A stretch of DNA of 64,000 nucleotides from Methanomethylovorans hollandica DSM 15978 (GCF_000328665.1 NC_019977.1:62001-126000), one strand, 5' to 3'. Shown: positions 28,735 through 39,700, counted from the stretch's first letter. Notes: a model not told the origin generated them from the sequence alone. A program made the numbers and translations.

Positions 28735-29712
28735 ATGAACTTCTCTCTTCATGAGAGTGACCTGTCACGTTTTGAAAATGACTGGAACAAAGTGAAGTCT
28801 TTCGTGAGGTCTCATGGACTTGATGGTGTAGAGCTTTTCATTGATCATAATCTTCTTCCAGATATTCCTTCCGGGATAGTTAAAGGTGTACATTTACCTT
28901 ACTGGATGGGAAGGCATCGTGCATGGGTGGATGAAAAATCTTTCAATGGAAATATGGATGAAAATGAGAAGTTTTTCCTGTTCGGAGGTCATGATCGCCA
29001 GGATATGATTTCGAACTTTAGGAGTGCTCTTGAGAATGCTGCATCTATAGATGCAGAATATGGAGTTTTTCATGTTGCTTATGTGGAGCTGGACCATGTG
29101 TTCACCCGGAATTTTGGGGTTTCTGATACAGAGGTCATGGATTCAACTGCAGATTTTCTCAATGGGTCTTTATCGTTTTTTCCAAATGGAGAGCCACCAG
29201 TAAGGCTCTTTTTAGAGAACCTGTGGTGGCCTGGCCTAAACTTGCTGGACACTGCTGCAACAATTCATTTTATAGAATCCCTTGAATTTGATAACTGGGC
29301 TTTTACACTTGATACAGGCCATTTAATGAATGCAATAATGAATTGCACTGATCAAAGGACTGCAATTGATTCGGTACTGGATCTGCTGGCAAGGTATCCG
29401 GAAGATATTATTGACAGGATAGAAGGAATGCACTTGCATTGCAGTCTATCGGGTGACTATCAGATGCAAGTGGCAAGAAATGGTGCACCTGAGGGTTACT
29501 ATGACCTCTCTTTCCATGAGCGTCTCATTGCTGTCATGGAGCATGTTTCAAAAATAGATCAGCACATGCCTTTTACTGAAGAAGGTTGCAGGAAGATCGT
29601 GGACTTCGTGAGGCCGCGGTTCCTTACTCATGAATTTGAAACCAACAGCCTGCCTGAACTTGACTGGAAGCTTCGAACACAGATACAAGCATTGTATGGG
29701 AACGAAATATAA
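28735..29712 (+). CDS. AP endonuclease 2 / xylose-isomerase-like TIM-barrel metalloenzyme
   Basis: GVHLPY, VFHVA, LENLW, LDTGH, MHLH and DQH metal-ligand pattern. Confidence 0.8.
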   Translation: MNFSLHESDLSRFENDWNKVKSFVRSHGLDGVELFIDHNLLPDIPSGIVKGVHLPYWMGRHRAWVDEKSFNGNMDENEKFFLFGGHDRQDMISNFRSALENAASIDAEYGVFHVAYVELDHVFTRNFGVSDTEVMDSTADFLNGSLSFFPNGEPPVRLFLENLWWPGLNLLDTAATIHFIESLEFDNWAFTLDTGHLMNAIMNCTDQRTAIDSVLDLLARYPEDIIDRIEGMHLHCSLSGDYQMQVARNGAPEGYYDLSFHERLIAVMEHVSKIDQHMPFTEEGCRKIVDFVRPRFLTHEFETNSLPELDWKLRTQIQALYGNEI

Positions 29713-29850
29713 AAAGAATATATCTCTAGTATATTTGATTCATTGCACAAATATATGTTTTATATACATTACTAATTTAGATGAGGTATATGTCTTATAG
29801 AATATTAACGGGGAATGTTTTATATATGTATAAATAATACTTTGCTATAT

Positions 29851-30408
29851 ATGAGCCCATTTGATAACAATCCCCCTCAAGACCTTAACAACACTGAACG
29901 TCTTAAAGTATTCAGTGCTTTGGGCAGTGATACACGCTTGAAAATGCTGCAAAAGCTGTGCGAGGGTGAGGTTCACATCTCCGAACTGGCAAGGGAGCTT
30001 GATATATCTGTTCCGGTTGCAGCGAAGCATGCGACCATTCTCGAGGGCGCTCAACTGATAGAGCGCAAGGTGTACGGGAAAACCCATGTTTTGAAACTAA
30101 ATAATAAGAACATTGTTTCAGCTTTGGATATACTTGCACCCACTAAAACTATAGAAGTACCAAAAGGTACAACTCTTCTGGAAGCCCTGAAAAAGGTTGC
30201 TGTAGTGGAAGTACGGCAGGACTATGACTTTGAGAATATTGTGTCCACCAATGGTGAAGAAGGTTTCTTTGTGTATGAAGTGGACGGCAAACTCCTTGAT
30301 AAGACAGTTAAGAACTGTACGTTTGAAAAGGATGCAACAGTCGAATGGAAGAAACTGGAAGCCGTTACTAAATTGAAGATCAATATCAAAGTAAAGGATG
30401 AAGAGTGA
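29851..30408 (+). CDS. ArsR-type HTH regulator with C-terminal DUF4430-like beta-grasp domain
   Basis: FSALGSDTRLKML..ISELAREL..HATILE; C-terminal GTTLLEALK..IVSTNG..FVYEVDG..VEW. Confidence 0.8.
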   Translation: MSPFDNNPPQDLNNTERLKVFSALGSDTRLKMLQKLCEGEVHISELARELDISVPVAAKHATILEGAQLIERKVYGKTHVLKLNNKNIVSALDILAPTKTIEVPKGTTLLEALKKVAVVEVRQDYDFENIVSTNGEEGFFVYEVDGKLLDKTVKNCTFEKDATVEWKKLEAVTKLKINIKVKDEE

Positions 30409-30508
30409 TAATTCACACTTTAGTGGATCGTTAAGTTCTCTCATACCTTTTTAATACTTTCACATCGCTTACATTTCTGTTTTATATTCAATCATCAGTC
30501 ATTGCATT

Positions 30509-31642
30509 GTGAGAACTCTCCATGAAGCCCATAAGTCCCTCACGGAGCGTATGCGCTATCTAGCATCAGGTACTAAATATGATAGCTGCAACCAAAGTGC
30601 CTTATGCCATGCTTTTGCTCCCGATGGCAGATGTATCCAGCTTTATAAGACGCTGCTTACAAATTATTGTTCAGGGGAGTGTACCTACTGTCCCAACAGA
30701 TGTGAAAGGGATACTCCCCGCGTATCACTATCCCCGGATGAGATCGTAAAGATCACATGGTCCTTTTACAGAAGAAATGCTGTAGAGGGCTTGTTCCTGT
30801 CTTCCGGTGTAATAGGGGATGCTGAGAATACTTCCGAAAAACAGCTTGAAGTGGCCAGAAAATTGCGTGCTCAGGGTTTTGAAGGATACATACACATGAG
30901 GCTTATGCCAGGTACTCCAAAGTATCTTCTGGAAGAGATCGCGGATGTGGCAAATAAGTTCGGAGTCAATGCTGAAACAACAAGTAGTATCAACTATTCT
31001 GAGGTCTGTCCAAACTTCAATTACAATACTGATGTGCTACAGCGTCTAAAATGGACAAAGGAACTCATAATCCAGAAAAGGAAAGAAGTTGGCTATGGGG
31101 GTCGTATCATCGGTGCCAACGACACTCAGTTCGTTGTAGGTGCTGCTAATGAGTCTGACCAGGATATTGTGCACACTGTGACAAAGTTCATGGACAAATA
31201 CGATCTCAGAAGGCCTTATTTTATGAGTTTTGATCCTGTACCGAACACACCTCTTGAACACAACGAACCCTCGCCCCAATGGCGTGAGGCAAGGCTTTAT
31301 CAGACATCTTACCTACTTAAGGACTACGGACTGAAGGCAAGGGATCTTGATGGAATATATACAGATACAGGTTTTCTGAAAGATCAGGATCCAAAGATCC
31401 TGCTTGCCCAATCTAACCCTGAAATATTTCCTATAGATGTCAACAATGCTAGCCTGCAGGAATTGTTGCTGGTTCCGGGGATCGGCCCTGTAAGTGCCAG
31501 TCGTATAATGCAATCCAGACCTATTAACTGTGAGCAGGAACTTGCACGCATGGGTGTGGTCATTACGCGGGCAAGACCTTACATTAAACTCAAAGGCCAT
31601 TTTCAGACAAACCTCTCTGCTTTTATGGAGGTATGTTCATGA
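30509..31642 (+). CDS. Putative DNA modification/repair radical SAM protein with HhH domain (TIGR03916-like)
   Basis: CHAFAPDGRC, LLTNYCSGECTYC, EGLFLSSG, REARLYQ, FPIDVN..LLLVPGIG. Confidence 0.88.
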   Translation: MRTLHEAHKSLTERMRYLASGTKYDSCNQSALCHAFAPDGRCIQLYKTLLTNYCSGECTYCPNRCERDTPRVSLSPDEIVKITWSFYRRNAVEGLFLSSGVIGDAENTSEKQLEVARKLRAQGFEGYIHMRLMPGTPKYLLEEIADVANKFGVNAETTSSINYSEVCPNFNYNTDVLQRLKWTKELIIQKRKEVGYGGRIIGANDTQFVVGAANESDQDIVHTVTKFMDKYDLRRPYFMSFDPVPNTPLEHNEPSPQWREARLYQTSYLLKDYGLKARDLDGIYTDTGFLKDQDPKILLAQSNPEIFPIDVNNASLQELLLVPGIGPVSASRIMQSRPINCEQELARMGVVITRARPYIKLKGHFQTNLSAFMEVCS

Positions 31643-32487
31643 TAATCGGCTTCAGAACAACTGTAGAAGGTGTGTTGCTTGCCTGCCTGAAACTACGGCA
31701 GTCGCCTGATGCACACCTTATGTTTGCTGAGGATCTGGAAGAACTTCGAAGAAAGATCGATTTTACAGGAACAGACAATGATCTTGAGCTTGCTGGCTTC
31801 GGATCGAAGCTCTCAGCAATGGAACTTGCAGCACTTGCTTTTGGCAAGCACTGGGATCGTCATTTGAAATTATCTTACAGGAAAGAACCCGATCTCATCC
31901 ATTTTATAGATATGGTGCTCAGACATTCAAATTGTAACCCCTCAGAGCTTGTAAGAGCTTTGAGCTTATCAGAGGATATAATCTCCCTTTTTTCAGGTAA
32001 GAACCAATTGCAAAAGCGATGCTACAGATGCATGCGTGAAGTGAATCTTTTCCATCACAGGTTATGTATGTTTGCAAGGCCTGTTTTTGTAAGAGGGATA
32101 CTTATAGCGAATGTCAAAACGGAACACAGGATCGAAGATATGTTCTGCAGATGGCTGGCTAGAAAAAATCCGGACCTTCCGGTAGCTGTGGTCAATGGGC
32201 ATAAAGCGTGGATAGGTAACGGTCATTTTGTAGGTCTTGACAGCTTCATAGTCGTTAATTCTTCTCTCCTGGGTAGTCTTAAAACCATGAATGCATCGGA
32301 TGAGGTTGAGGAACTATGGGATGTTTATTATGATTCTCAGATGATAGATAGCAGGAGGAACAAGAATCAGGCTAAGAAGTTTCAGCCTAAGGTTGCTTCT
32401 TCTGTAAGTAGCATGTCTATGAAAGACAGGTACAAGGTGGAAAGGGGGATATCTCCCTGTAAATTGGGGGATTTTTTTGAAGTGTGA
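31633..32487 (+). CDS. DUF4130 (TIGR03915-like) probable DNA metabolism protein
   Basis: REV..HRL.MFAR, EHRI and EELWDVYYDS...RRN patterns; coupled to the radical SAM gene. Confidence 0.7.
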   Translation: MFMIIGFRTTVEGVLLACLKLRQSPDAHLMFAEDLEELRRKIDFTGTDNDLELAGFGSKLSAMELAALAFGKHWDRHLKLSYRKEPDLIHFIDMVLRHSNCNPSELVRALSLSEDIISLFSGKNQLQKRCYRCMREVNLFHHRLCMFARPVFVRGILIANVKTEHRIEDMFCRWLARKNPDLPVAVVNGHKAWIGNGHFVGLDSFIVVNSSLLGSLKTMNASDEVEELWDVYYDSQMIDSRRNKNQAKKFQPKVASSVSSMSMKDRYKVERGISPCKLGDFFEV

Positions 32488-34616
32488 GAAGTGAAAGTAT
32501 GAAACGCAAAGAAAGCATATGTTCTTTAAATGACATCCCAGGCATCGGGGAAAAAATGGCCAGACGTTTCATAGAACACTTTGGAACCGAACAGAATGCT
32601 CTTGAAGCTATCCTAAATGGTGATGTGGCAAGCATATCATGCATAGAAGGTGTAGGTCAGAGATATGCGATATCCTTGGTGCAGGAGGTAAACTCCAGGA
32701 TAGAAGGTGTTAGAGTACAGGATTTCCTGAAAACACGCGAGTCCATGGATATCTATGAGAGGTTGCTGGATATTATCAAGACCTTTGCACACACAGGTTA
32801 TGCAAGAGAGAAGATGCATACTTTTTTTCCTTATCCGGCATCCAGTCGGGACAGGATAGAATCGATACGGATTTCGATGGCACAACATATTGAACATGCT
32901 GATATGCTCAGAGGGAATGAAGTTTTTCTATCTTTACTAAGTGGTGTGAAACCACTCAATCTGAATCAAAAATCGATGAAAGTGCGGGACCGGGTGGTCC
33001 TTACCACTGATCCAAAAAAGCTTGAAAAGATAAAGAAACGGTTTGGAGAATATGTGGATGTGCACCTTGTAAGTTCCCTTACCGATGTAGTGGATTCAGC
33101 ACGGGGTTATTCTCATGTCATAACCGCAGATGACGATCTATTTTCCTGTGAGTTGCCCGAGGATGTAGAGGTAGAGATAGTTCCTGACCTGGAAGCCTGT
33201 GAAGAATGGAAGATAGTTCCTGATAATGAGATCAATCAGGTTTCACGTAATCTGCAGGTGATAGATTGTTCCCTTCAGGTTACCCGAATTATCAGAGAGG
33301 CTGGAATGGCCTTCCTTCAGGAAGTGGACAATGTAACTCTGGATAAACTGGAAAAAACCATCTGCATGATAGACGAGAATGGGGATGTGAGGGCAGGTAC
33401 AGACCCCGAGATAGATCGTCTTGCATTAATACTTGGAGGAATTGATACTGCTGTGGGAAGTGCAAACACCTTTGCCAATGAGGAACTCAACAATGCTCTC
33501 AAAGAAAGCCAGCTTGTTCTCAGTGGTCAGGATATGTTAAGGATGATGCATGATAATACTGAACTACAGTCAGTTCTGGAAAACCAATTGCGTCATAATT
33601 ATGTTTCAGTGGTTGAGAAAGCCAGGAAACATATTTGTACAACTCTCTGTCTGCAAAAGAAAGAGATCTTTTTCCTGGATAACTTATTCCCTCAAACCAT
33701 TAACCATCCTGTGGAGGCGGACAGGACACAGGTAACTGTCCTGAAACAGTATATTAAAGAGAGGATCGCGAAAAGAAAGATAGAACATAAGAGGCAAGTG
33801 GCGCGCTCTCTTGTGGATATGCGCGATACTATCCGAGAAATCGTGAAAGAAGTATTGAATTTCGATGTTGGTTTTACTATTGGTTGTTTTTCTTCAGAGT
33901 ATGGTCTTTCTCTTCCCAGGATTATAGAAGGAACCGGAGTGGGTTTGAAAAATGCAGAGAACCTCTTCCTCAGATCTAGGCATGGTACAGTTGTACCAAT
34001 TGATTATGCAGTTGGTGAGACATCTTTCAGCCATAAGCAAGATGTGAGCAGAATAGTCCTCCTCAGCGGAGTAAACTCGGGGGGTAAGACCTCACTTCTT
34101 GAATTGCTGGCACAATGTATTATCCTTGCCCACATGGGCTTTCCCGTACCTGCGGCAGCCATGGAGGTAGGACTGACTGATGGGTTGTACTATTTTGCCA
34201 AATCCAAGGGCACTCTCGATGCAGGAGCCTTCGAGACAACACTGATCGATTTTTCAGTGGTTGCTGATAGTTCAGGAAAGATCGTGCTTGTGGATGAGCT
34301 GGAGTCGATCACAGAACCAGGTGCTTCTGCCAAAATCATTTCCGGTATTCTGGAAATGCTTTCAGAGAACGAGAAAAGCCTGGCAGTGTTCGTGTCGCAT
34401 CTTTCAGGGCTCATTATGGAAAATACACAAAGTAATGTAAGGGTGGACGGTATCGAAGCAAGCGGTCTGGACAGTGACCTTAATCTAATTGTGAATCGGA
34501 CTCCCCGTTACAATTATGTAGCAAGAAGTACACCGGAACTAATAGTAGAAAGGCTGCTGCGCAAAACAAGTGGCAATGATCATCTCTTTTATGAGAGGCT
34601 GAAAAGTAAGTTTTGA
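32484..34616 (+). CDS. MutS-family ATPase with N-terminal HhH (archaeal MutS2/MutS5-like)
   Basis: IPGIGEKMA and IEGVG HhH motifs; LSGVNSGGKT, LAHMGFPVPA, AGAFE, LVDELE, FVSHL; no mismatch-binding or Smr domain seen. Confidence 0.85.
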   Translation: MRSESMKRKESICSLNDIPGIGEKMARRFIEHFGTEQNALEAILNGDVASISCIEGVGQRYAISLVQEVNSRIEGVRVQDFLKTRESMDIYERLLDIIKTFAHTGYAREKMHTFFPYPASSRDRIESIRISMAQHIEHADMLRGNEVFLSLLSGVKPLNLNQKSMKVRDRVVLTTDPKKLEKIKKRFGEYVDVHLVSSLTDVVDSARGYSHVITADDDLFSCELPEDVEVEIVPDLEACEEWKIVPDNEINQVSRNLQVIDCSLQVTRIIREAGMAFLQEVDNVTLDKLEKTICMIDENGDVRAGTDPEIDRLALILGGIDTAVGSANTFANEELNNALKESQLVLSGQDMLRMMHDNTELQSVLENQLRHNYVSVVEKARKHICTTLCLQKKEIFFLDNLFPQTINHPVEADRTQVTVLKQYIKERIAKRKIEHKRQVARSLVDMRDTIREIVKEVLNFDVGFTIGCFSSEYGLSLPRIIEGTGVGLKNAENLFLRSRHGTVVPIDYAVGETSFSHKQDVSRIVLLSGVNSGGKTSLLELLAQCIILAHMGFPVPAAAMEVGLTDGLYYFAKSKGTLDAGAFETTLIDFSVVADSSGKIVLVDELESITEPGASAKIISGILEMLSENEKSLAVFVSHLSGLIMENTQSNVRVDGIEASGLDSDLNLIVNRTPRYNYVARSTPELIVERLLRKTSGNDHLFYERLKSKF

Positions 34617-34627
34617 GGGAAATGCAA

Positions 34628-35203
34628 TCAAAGCACACCTTTTGTGCTCTTGATCCCCTCGCCTTCCACAACTATTGCTCTGCGCAGAGCATAAGCAAAG
34701 CCCTTAAAAAGTGCCTCTATTTTGTGATGGTCATTGTCCCCGTATACACTCGCATGCATATTGATCTTAGCATTGTTCACTATGGATTCAAAGAAGTGTT
34801 TAACCATCTGGGTGCTGAACTCTCCCACTTTAGGAGCGGCGAAAGCAGCATCCAGTATTAGATAGCTACGCCCTCCAATGTCAAGGGCTACTGAAGCAAG
34901 GGCTTCGTCCATTGGGATCCTTGCCTCCCCAAACCGGGCTATACCTGCACAGTTTCCTAAGGCTTGAGCTATTGCCTGTCCCAATACAATACCTATGTCT
35001 TCTATGAGGTGGTGATCATCTACGATGAGGTCTCCTTCGGCTTTGATCGTAAGATCAAAATTACCATGTTTTGAGAATGCATGCAGCATGTGATCAAAAA
35101 AACCTATACCTGTGGAAATGTCGGAAATACCATTTCCTTCCAGGTTAAGCTCTATTTGTATGTCGGTTTCTTTGGTCTTGCGGGAAATATTTGCTTTTCT
35201 CAT
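34628..35203 (-). CDS. hisB: Imidazoleglycerol-phosphate dehydratase
   Basis: [38 protein letters not shown]. Confidence 0.97.
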   Translation of the reverse strand: MRKANISRKTKETDIQIELNLEGNGISDISTGIGFFDHMLHAFSKHGNFDLTIKAEGDLIVDDHHLIEDIGIVLGQAIAQALGNCAGIARFGEARIPMDEALASVALDIGGRSYLILDAAFAAPKVGEFSTQMVKHFFESIVNNAKINMHASVYGDNDHHKIEALFKGFAYALRRAIVVEGEGIKSTKGVL

Positions 35204-35279
35204 AAGTTTCACTTGCCTATTTTTACCTGTTCTAACTATTTATGTTAGACTATATCAGACAACCGATGTCAGACCATGT

Positions 35280-36026
35280 TCAGCTATCTTTATTCTGTTT
35301 CAGAATGTTAAGAGCTTCTAGGTAAGTGAACTTGCCTGTGTACAATGCGCTGCCTACTACCACTCCGCATGCACCGGTTGCTCTGATGGTGAGTATATCC
35401 TGGAGGGTGGTGATGCCTCCTGAAGCTATTACTGGTATGTTTACAGCTTTAACCAGCTCGGCAGTTGGTGTTGCATCTACTCCACGCATGAGTCCTTCGT
35501 TATCAATGTTGGTAAAAAGCAGAGTGCCTGCTCCCAGGTTCTCAAACTTTTGTCCCATCTCCACTGCAGTGAATTCAGAAAGTTTCTTCCAGCCTTCTAT
35601 GGCCACTTTTCCATTCTTTGAATCCAGAGCTACATTTATGTGTTCGCTTCCGAACTCACGGGCCAGCTTTTTAACAAGTTCTGGTTCACGCAGGGCCGCT
35701 GTGCTCAATATAACCCTGTCAGCACCAAGCTTAAGAAGATGTGCTGCATCTTCAAAGGAGCGTATGCCTCCTCCTATCTGGATCATTACTCCTCTGTTTT
35801 TACCTTCATATACTATCTTTTCGATAATAGGTGCGTTGATCCTTGTTCCATCCAGTGCACCGTCCAGATCTATAAGGTGCAGGGTCTTTGCTCCTTGGGC
35901 TATCCAATCCAAGGCAACAGCTATCGGATCATCCAGGGAGATCATTTCACTTCCGGGAACTCCCTGAACCAGTTGCACACATTTGCCGCCTCTCATATCT
36001 ACTGCGGGGATAACTTCAAATTGCAT
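35280..36026 (-). CDS. hisA: ProFAR isomerase
   Basis: IPAVDMRGGKCVQLVQG, HLIDLDGA, GGGIRS, IASGG. Confidence 0.96.
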   Translation of the reverse strand: MQFEVIPAVDMRGGKCVQLVQGVPGSEMISLDDPIAVALDWIAQGAKTLHLIDLDGALDGTRINAPIIEKIVYEGKNRGVMIQIGGGIRSFEDAAHLLKLGADRVILSTAALREPELVKKLAREFGSEHINVALDSKNGKVAIEGWKKLSEFTAVEMGQKFENLGAGTLLFTNIDNEGLMRGVDATPTAELVKAVNIPVIASGGITTLQDILTIRATGACGVVVGSALYTGKFTYLEALNILKQNKDS

Positions 36027-36038
36027 CGGATGATCACC

Positions 36039-36893
36039 TCAGGGCATGAGTCTTTCGATGGGTATCACCAGTACGTCCTTTGCACCTACAGATTTTAGCT
36101 TGTTGACCGTAGAGAAAATTAGGTCAGCATCTATTACAGCATGTACTGCAAGAATGGACTGTGAAGCTTCTACTTTCATGACGGTGGGCCCTGCAAGGCC
36201 AGGCAATACCTGCTTAACTGCTTCCAGGGATGATTCTGGTACGTTCATCATGAGGTAACGCTTGCCTTTTGCTCTGATTACGCTTTCTATGGAAGTGCTA
36301 ATCTGTTCTATCTTGGAGTTATTTGCGCTGGTTTTTTTGTTAGCGATGAGGTAGACGGAGGAGGAAAAGACATTCTCTATCATCTTCAAGTGGTTAGTTG
36401 CAAGTGTGGTTCCAGAACTTGAAATATCCACAATGGCATCTGCAATCCCAACATGTGGTGTAAGTTCGCAGGCACCGCTGACCTTGACGATCTCTACGTT
36501 AACTCCCAGGTTCTTGAAATACCTTGATGTGATGTTGGGGAATTCTGTGGCTATCCTTTTACCTTCAAGGCTCTGGGGTGTGTTAAGGTGCGATTCCTCG
36601 GGAACTGCGAGTACAAGGCTGGCACGTCCAAAACCCATGTCAAGTAACATTTCCACTTGTGCACCTGTTTCACTTATCAGGTCAAGGCCGGTAACACCGA
36701 CATCTGCTGCTCCGTCCTGTACATATTCAGGAATGTCCGAAGCTCTTGCGAAAAGGATGGTGATCTCAGGATCGTTAGTTTTTGCGAAAAGTTTCCTTGT
36801 TCCCCCTTCAAGCACTGGCAGACCTGCTTCCTTTAGCAGTTCCACGGTAGGGTCGTGCAGTCTTCCTTTATTGGGTATTGCAATACGTATCAT
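36039..36893 (-). CDS. hisG: ATP phosphoribosyltransferase (long form)
   Basis: IAIPNKGRL, DIPEYV, ADAIVDISSSGTTL, PG..GPTV. Confidence 0.96.
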   Translation of the reverse strand: MIRIAIPNKGRLHDPTVELLKEAGLPVLEGGTRKLFAKTNDPEITILFARASDIPEYVQDGAADVGVTGLDLISETGAQVEMLLDMGFGRASLVLAVPEESHLNTPQSLEGKRIATEFPNITSRYFKNLGVNVEIVKVSGACELTPHVGIADAIVDISSSGTTLATNHLKMIENVFSSSVYLIANKKTSANNSKIEQISTSIESVIRAKGKRYLMMNVPESSLEAVKQVLPGLAGPTVMKVEASQSILAVHAVIDADLIFSTVNKLKSVGAKDVLVIPIERLMP

Positions 36894-37211
36894 AATTCTT
36901 ACTTCCGGATGCATTCTCTTGGTTCTAAATGACCTGAGGAATACTTTTCTGGCATATAAGCCTTCATATATTCACTATAGTATAAGTTGTCTTGTATAAG
37001 CCGTTGAAGTTGCTATTATGGTCTCTCTCTGATCTATAATGCATTTCAATAGTTCATTTTTACTATTTTTCTCCGTAGTTTTTTTATTACCAGTGGTAAT
37101 ACAGGATATGGTTAGTATTAAATATGACTATGCATTAGTTATTATACAAATTCCCCAAGAAATATAAAAACATGTTAAAAATGGAATTTGTTTACTTTAA
37201 AGAGGATTAGA

Positions 37212-38408
37212 ATGATCAGGAACATCAAGGTCGAACCTTTGACGGAAACTCCTGTCAACAGACAGCAGATCGAACTTGTTGAGAGAAAGGGTATTGGACA
37301 CCCTGACAGCATTTCCGATGGTCTCTCTGAGGCAGTGAGCCGTGCTTTATGTGCTGAGTACATTAAAAAGTGTGGAGCTGTGCTACATCATAATACTGAT
37401 GAAACTCAGATAGTTGCAGGTCGCTCCTGCCCCGCATTCGGTGGCGGCGAGGTCATACAGCCCATATATACATTACTTGTGGGCAGGGCTACCAAAGAGT
37501 TTGAAGGTGTGGAGATCCCCACAGATGCTGTAGCACTTTCAGCCGCCAGGCAGTATCTGAGGAAGCACATTGTGGATATGGATCTGGAAAGGGATATCAT
37601 CATAGACTGTAAACTTGGTACAGGTTCTTCAGATCTGAGGGATGTGTTCAGGAAAGACAGTGTTCCTTTTGCAAATGACACTTCCTTTGGTGTTGGGCAT
37701 GCTCCTTTCTCAGAGCTTGAGAACATTGTCTACAATACTGAAAGGCAACTCATTAATGACTTGAAGAAAAAGGTTCCGGGCATAGGCACTGATATCAAGG
37801 TAATGGGTATGAGGGATGGAGATGAGATCACTGTTACTGTGGGCTGTGCTATGGTGGGCAGACACATTGACGATATGGACAGTTATATCAGTATCAAACA
37901 GCAGATGAACAACTATGTCCATGACCTCGCGCTGAAGTATACTGACAGGAAGGTCAATACCTATGTCAACACTGCAGATAATTATGACCATGGATCTGTG
38001 TTCCTGACCGTCACAGGTACTTCTGCAGAAATGGGTGACGATGGTTCTGTTGGAAGGGGTAACCGTTGCAATGGTCTGATCACTCCCAACAGGCCTATGA
38101 GCATGGAAGCAACAAGTGGTAAGAATCCCATCAATCACATTGGCAAACTTTACAACCTGCTTTCTACAAAGATGGCAATGCAGATCGTTCAGGAAATCCC
38201 TGATGTTGAGGACGTGTACATAAGGATACTTTCCCAGATAGGACAGCCCATAGACCAGCCATTGGTGGCAAGTGCTCAGATCATCCCGAAAAAGGGAACA
38301 CACTTCGAATCCATCAGGTCTGAAGCCAATGCCATCATTGATGAGGGCCTGGCCAACGTGGTAGACATCACTAAAATGATAATAAAGGGTGAATTGGACA
38401 CATTCTGA
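37212..38408 (+). CDS. mat: Archaeal methionine adenosyltransferase
   Basis: [44 protein letters not shown]. Confidence 0.96.
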   Translation: MIRNIKVEPLTETPVNRQQIELVERKGIGHPDSISDGLSEAVSRALCAEYIKKCGAVLHHNTDETQIVAGRSCPAFGGGEVIQPIYTLLVGRATKEFEGVEIPTDAVALSAARQYLRKHIVDMDLERDIIIDCKLGTGSSDLRDVFRKDSVPFANDTSFGVGHAPFSELENIVYNTERQLINDLKKKVPGIGTDIKVMGMRDGDEITVTVGCAMVGRHIDDMDSYISIKQQMNNYVHDLALKYTDRKVNTYVNTADNYDHGSVFLTVTGTSAEMGDDGSVGRGNRCNGLITPNRPMSMEATSGKNPINHIGKLYNLLSTKMAMQIVQEIPDVEDVYIRILSQIGQPIDQPLVASAQIIPKKGTHFESIRSEANAIIDEGLANVVDITKMIIKGELDTF

Positions 38409-38554
38409 TGTCCTTTTTGTGAAGAAGGACACTCATTCCTTCTTTCCCTTCATTTTAAAGAGCCCTTAAATCAATTTTTCCGAAAAGGCTAAGTAGTATG
38501 ATGCTTATCAGTGTGATACTCGTGAGGTATGTCCTCAGTGATTTATCGCGTTGT

Positions 38555-38668
38555 CCCGCCTTAACTCAGTGGTAGAGTGCGCGGCTGTAGTATGGTCATG
38601 TGACGTCAGTCACACATTACCGCGCAGGCACCGCGATGCCCCCGGTTCGAGTCTGGGAGGCGGGACCA
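38555..38668 (+). tRNA. tRNA-Tyr(GUA) with a 39-nt intron at 37/38 (38591-38629) and encoded CCA
   Basis: Acceptor cccgcct/aggcggg, anticodon stem cgcgg/ccgcg, loop ct-gta-g|a, T arm ggttcgagtct. Confidence 0.92.
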
Positions 38669-38728
38669 AATCCCTAACGAAAGGTTTAAATGTAAAAACC
38701 CCCTTTTAGGGGTACTCGCGATCACAGC

Positions 38729-38801
38729 GTCCGAATAGTGTAGTGGCCTATCATGAAGCCCTGTCGAGGCTTCGACCCGGGTTCGAATCCCGGTTCGGGC
38801 G
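38729..38801 (+). tRNA. tRNA-Asp(GUC)
   Basis: gtccgaa/ttcgggc acceptor; aagcc-ctgtcga-ggctt; ggttcgaatcc. Confidence 0.95.
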
Positions 38802-39235
38802 TTATATTCTAAGTTTGATGCCTAAATTTCTTTCACTTCGCTTGGATAAGATCTTTTTAAGTATAAGCGGAGTGAAAGGGCATGACACTTTACAACATTG
38901 AGAGTAAGCTTGTTTCTCAAGGAAGAGAGAACCCGTACTGCAAAGTACAAGTAAATCTATAAGAAAGAATTGTTTTTTAAGCTTGGGTTTTTCATCCTTA
39001 CTATTTTTTAATCCTCTCGGAGATGTGATCATTGTATTGCTGATCATAATTCTGTCAATAATCAAGGTGAAAGAATACCAATTTAGGCAACAAAAGAAAA
39101 CAAAAAAGTGTGCTTGCTTTCAAGCAAGACCTCATTTTCTGGTATTTATTCTACTTTTTTGTCATGGGGACAAGCGAGATTACATATCGTACATTCCATA
39201 AAGCCACGTTCTGTCATTCTGCGGATGTGCTTTTC

Positions 39236-39700
39236 TCATTTATTATATATATATTTTTCAAGTTGATGTGCTACCACACATTTATCGTATATCACTTTTT
39301 CACCTGGTGGAAATCCCTGAGATGGACCTGGAATAATTGCACCATAAGGACATGCTTTTACACAGAACGATTCTTCCTGGCACGGGGGCTGCTCTGCACA
39401 TAGGTTATGAGGGGAGGGCTTGTCTGGCATTAGTTCAGTTGTAGTTAGCAAAGCTATCCAACAATTCTTGGACCATATTCAGGAGTTATCACCCGGGTAT
39501 TGTGGCCTATCAAACCAAGATCTATAAGATACGCTGCCACTTTCACATGCACTGAATAGGGCGGGCGCTGCCTTGATATCTTTATCATCCCATAACCATT
39601 GAGCCAGTCTCCATGCACCTGTTTTCTCAGTTTCATAATATAGTATTATATTCGGCTTCTTCCTGCTAAAATCACTGGTTCCAGGTGCACTGGATGAAAG
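39236..39700 (-). pseudogene. Decayed epoxyqueuosine-reductase/RdhA-like Fe-S protein fragment
   Basis: Frameshifted pieces KVAAYL.DLGLIGHNTRVITPEYGPRI and LLTTTELMPD..C...C.....CVKACP.GAI; upstream limit approximate. Confidence 0.7.

Noticed and set aside
39236..39700. Functional reductive dehalogenase or pyrrolysine read-through at TAG 39454
   Set aside because: Homology continues in a different frame and the N-terminus is missing, so it is a fragment
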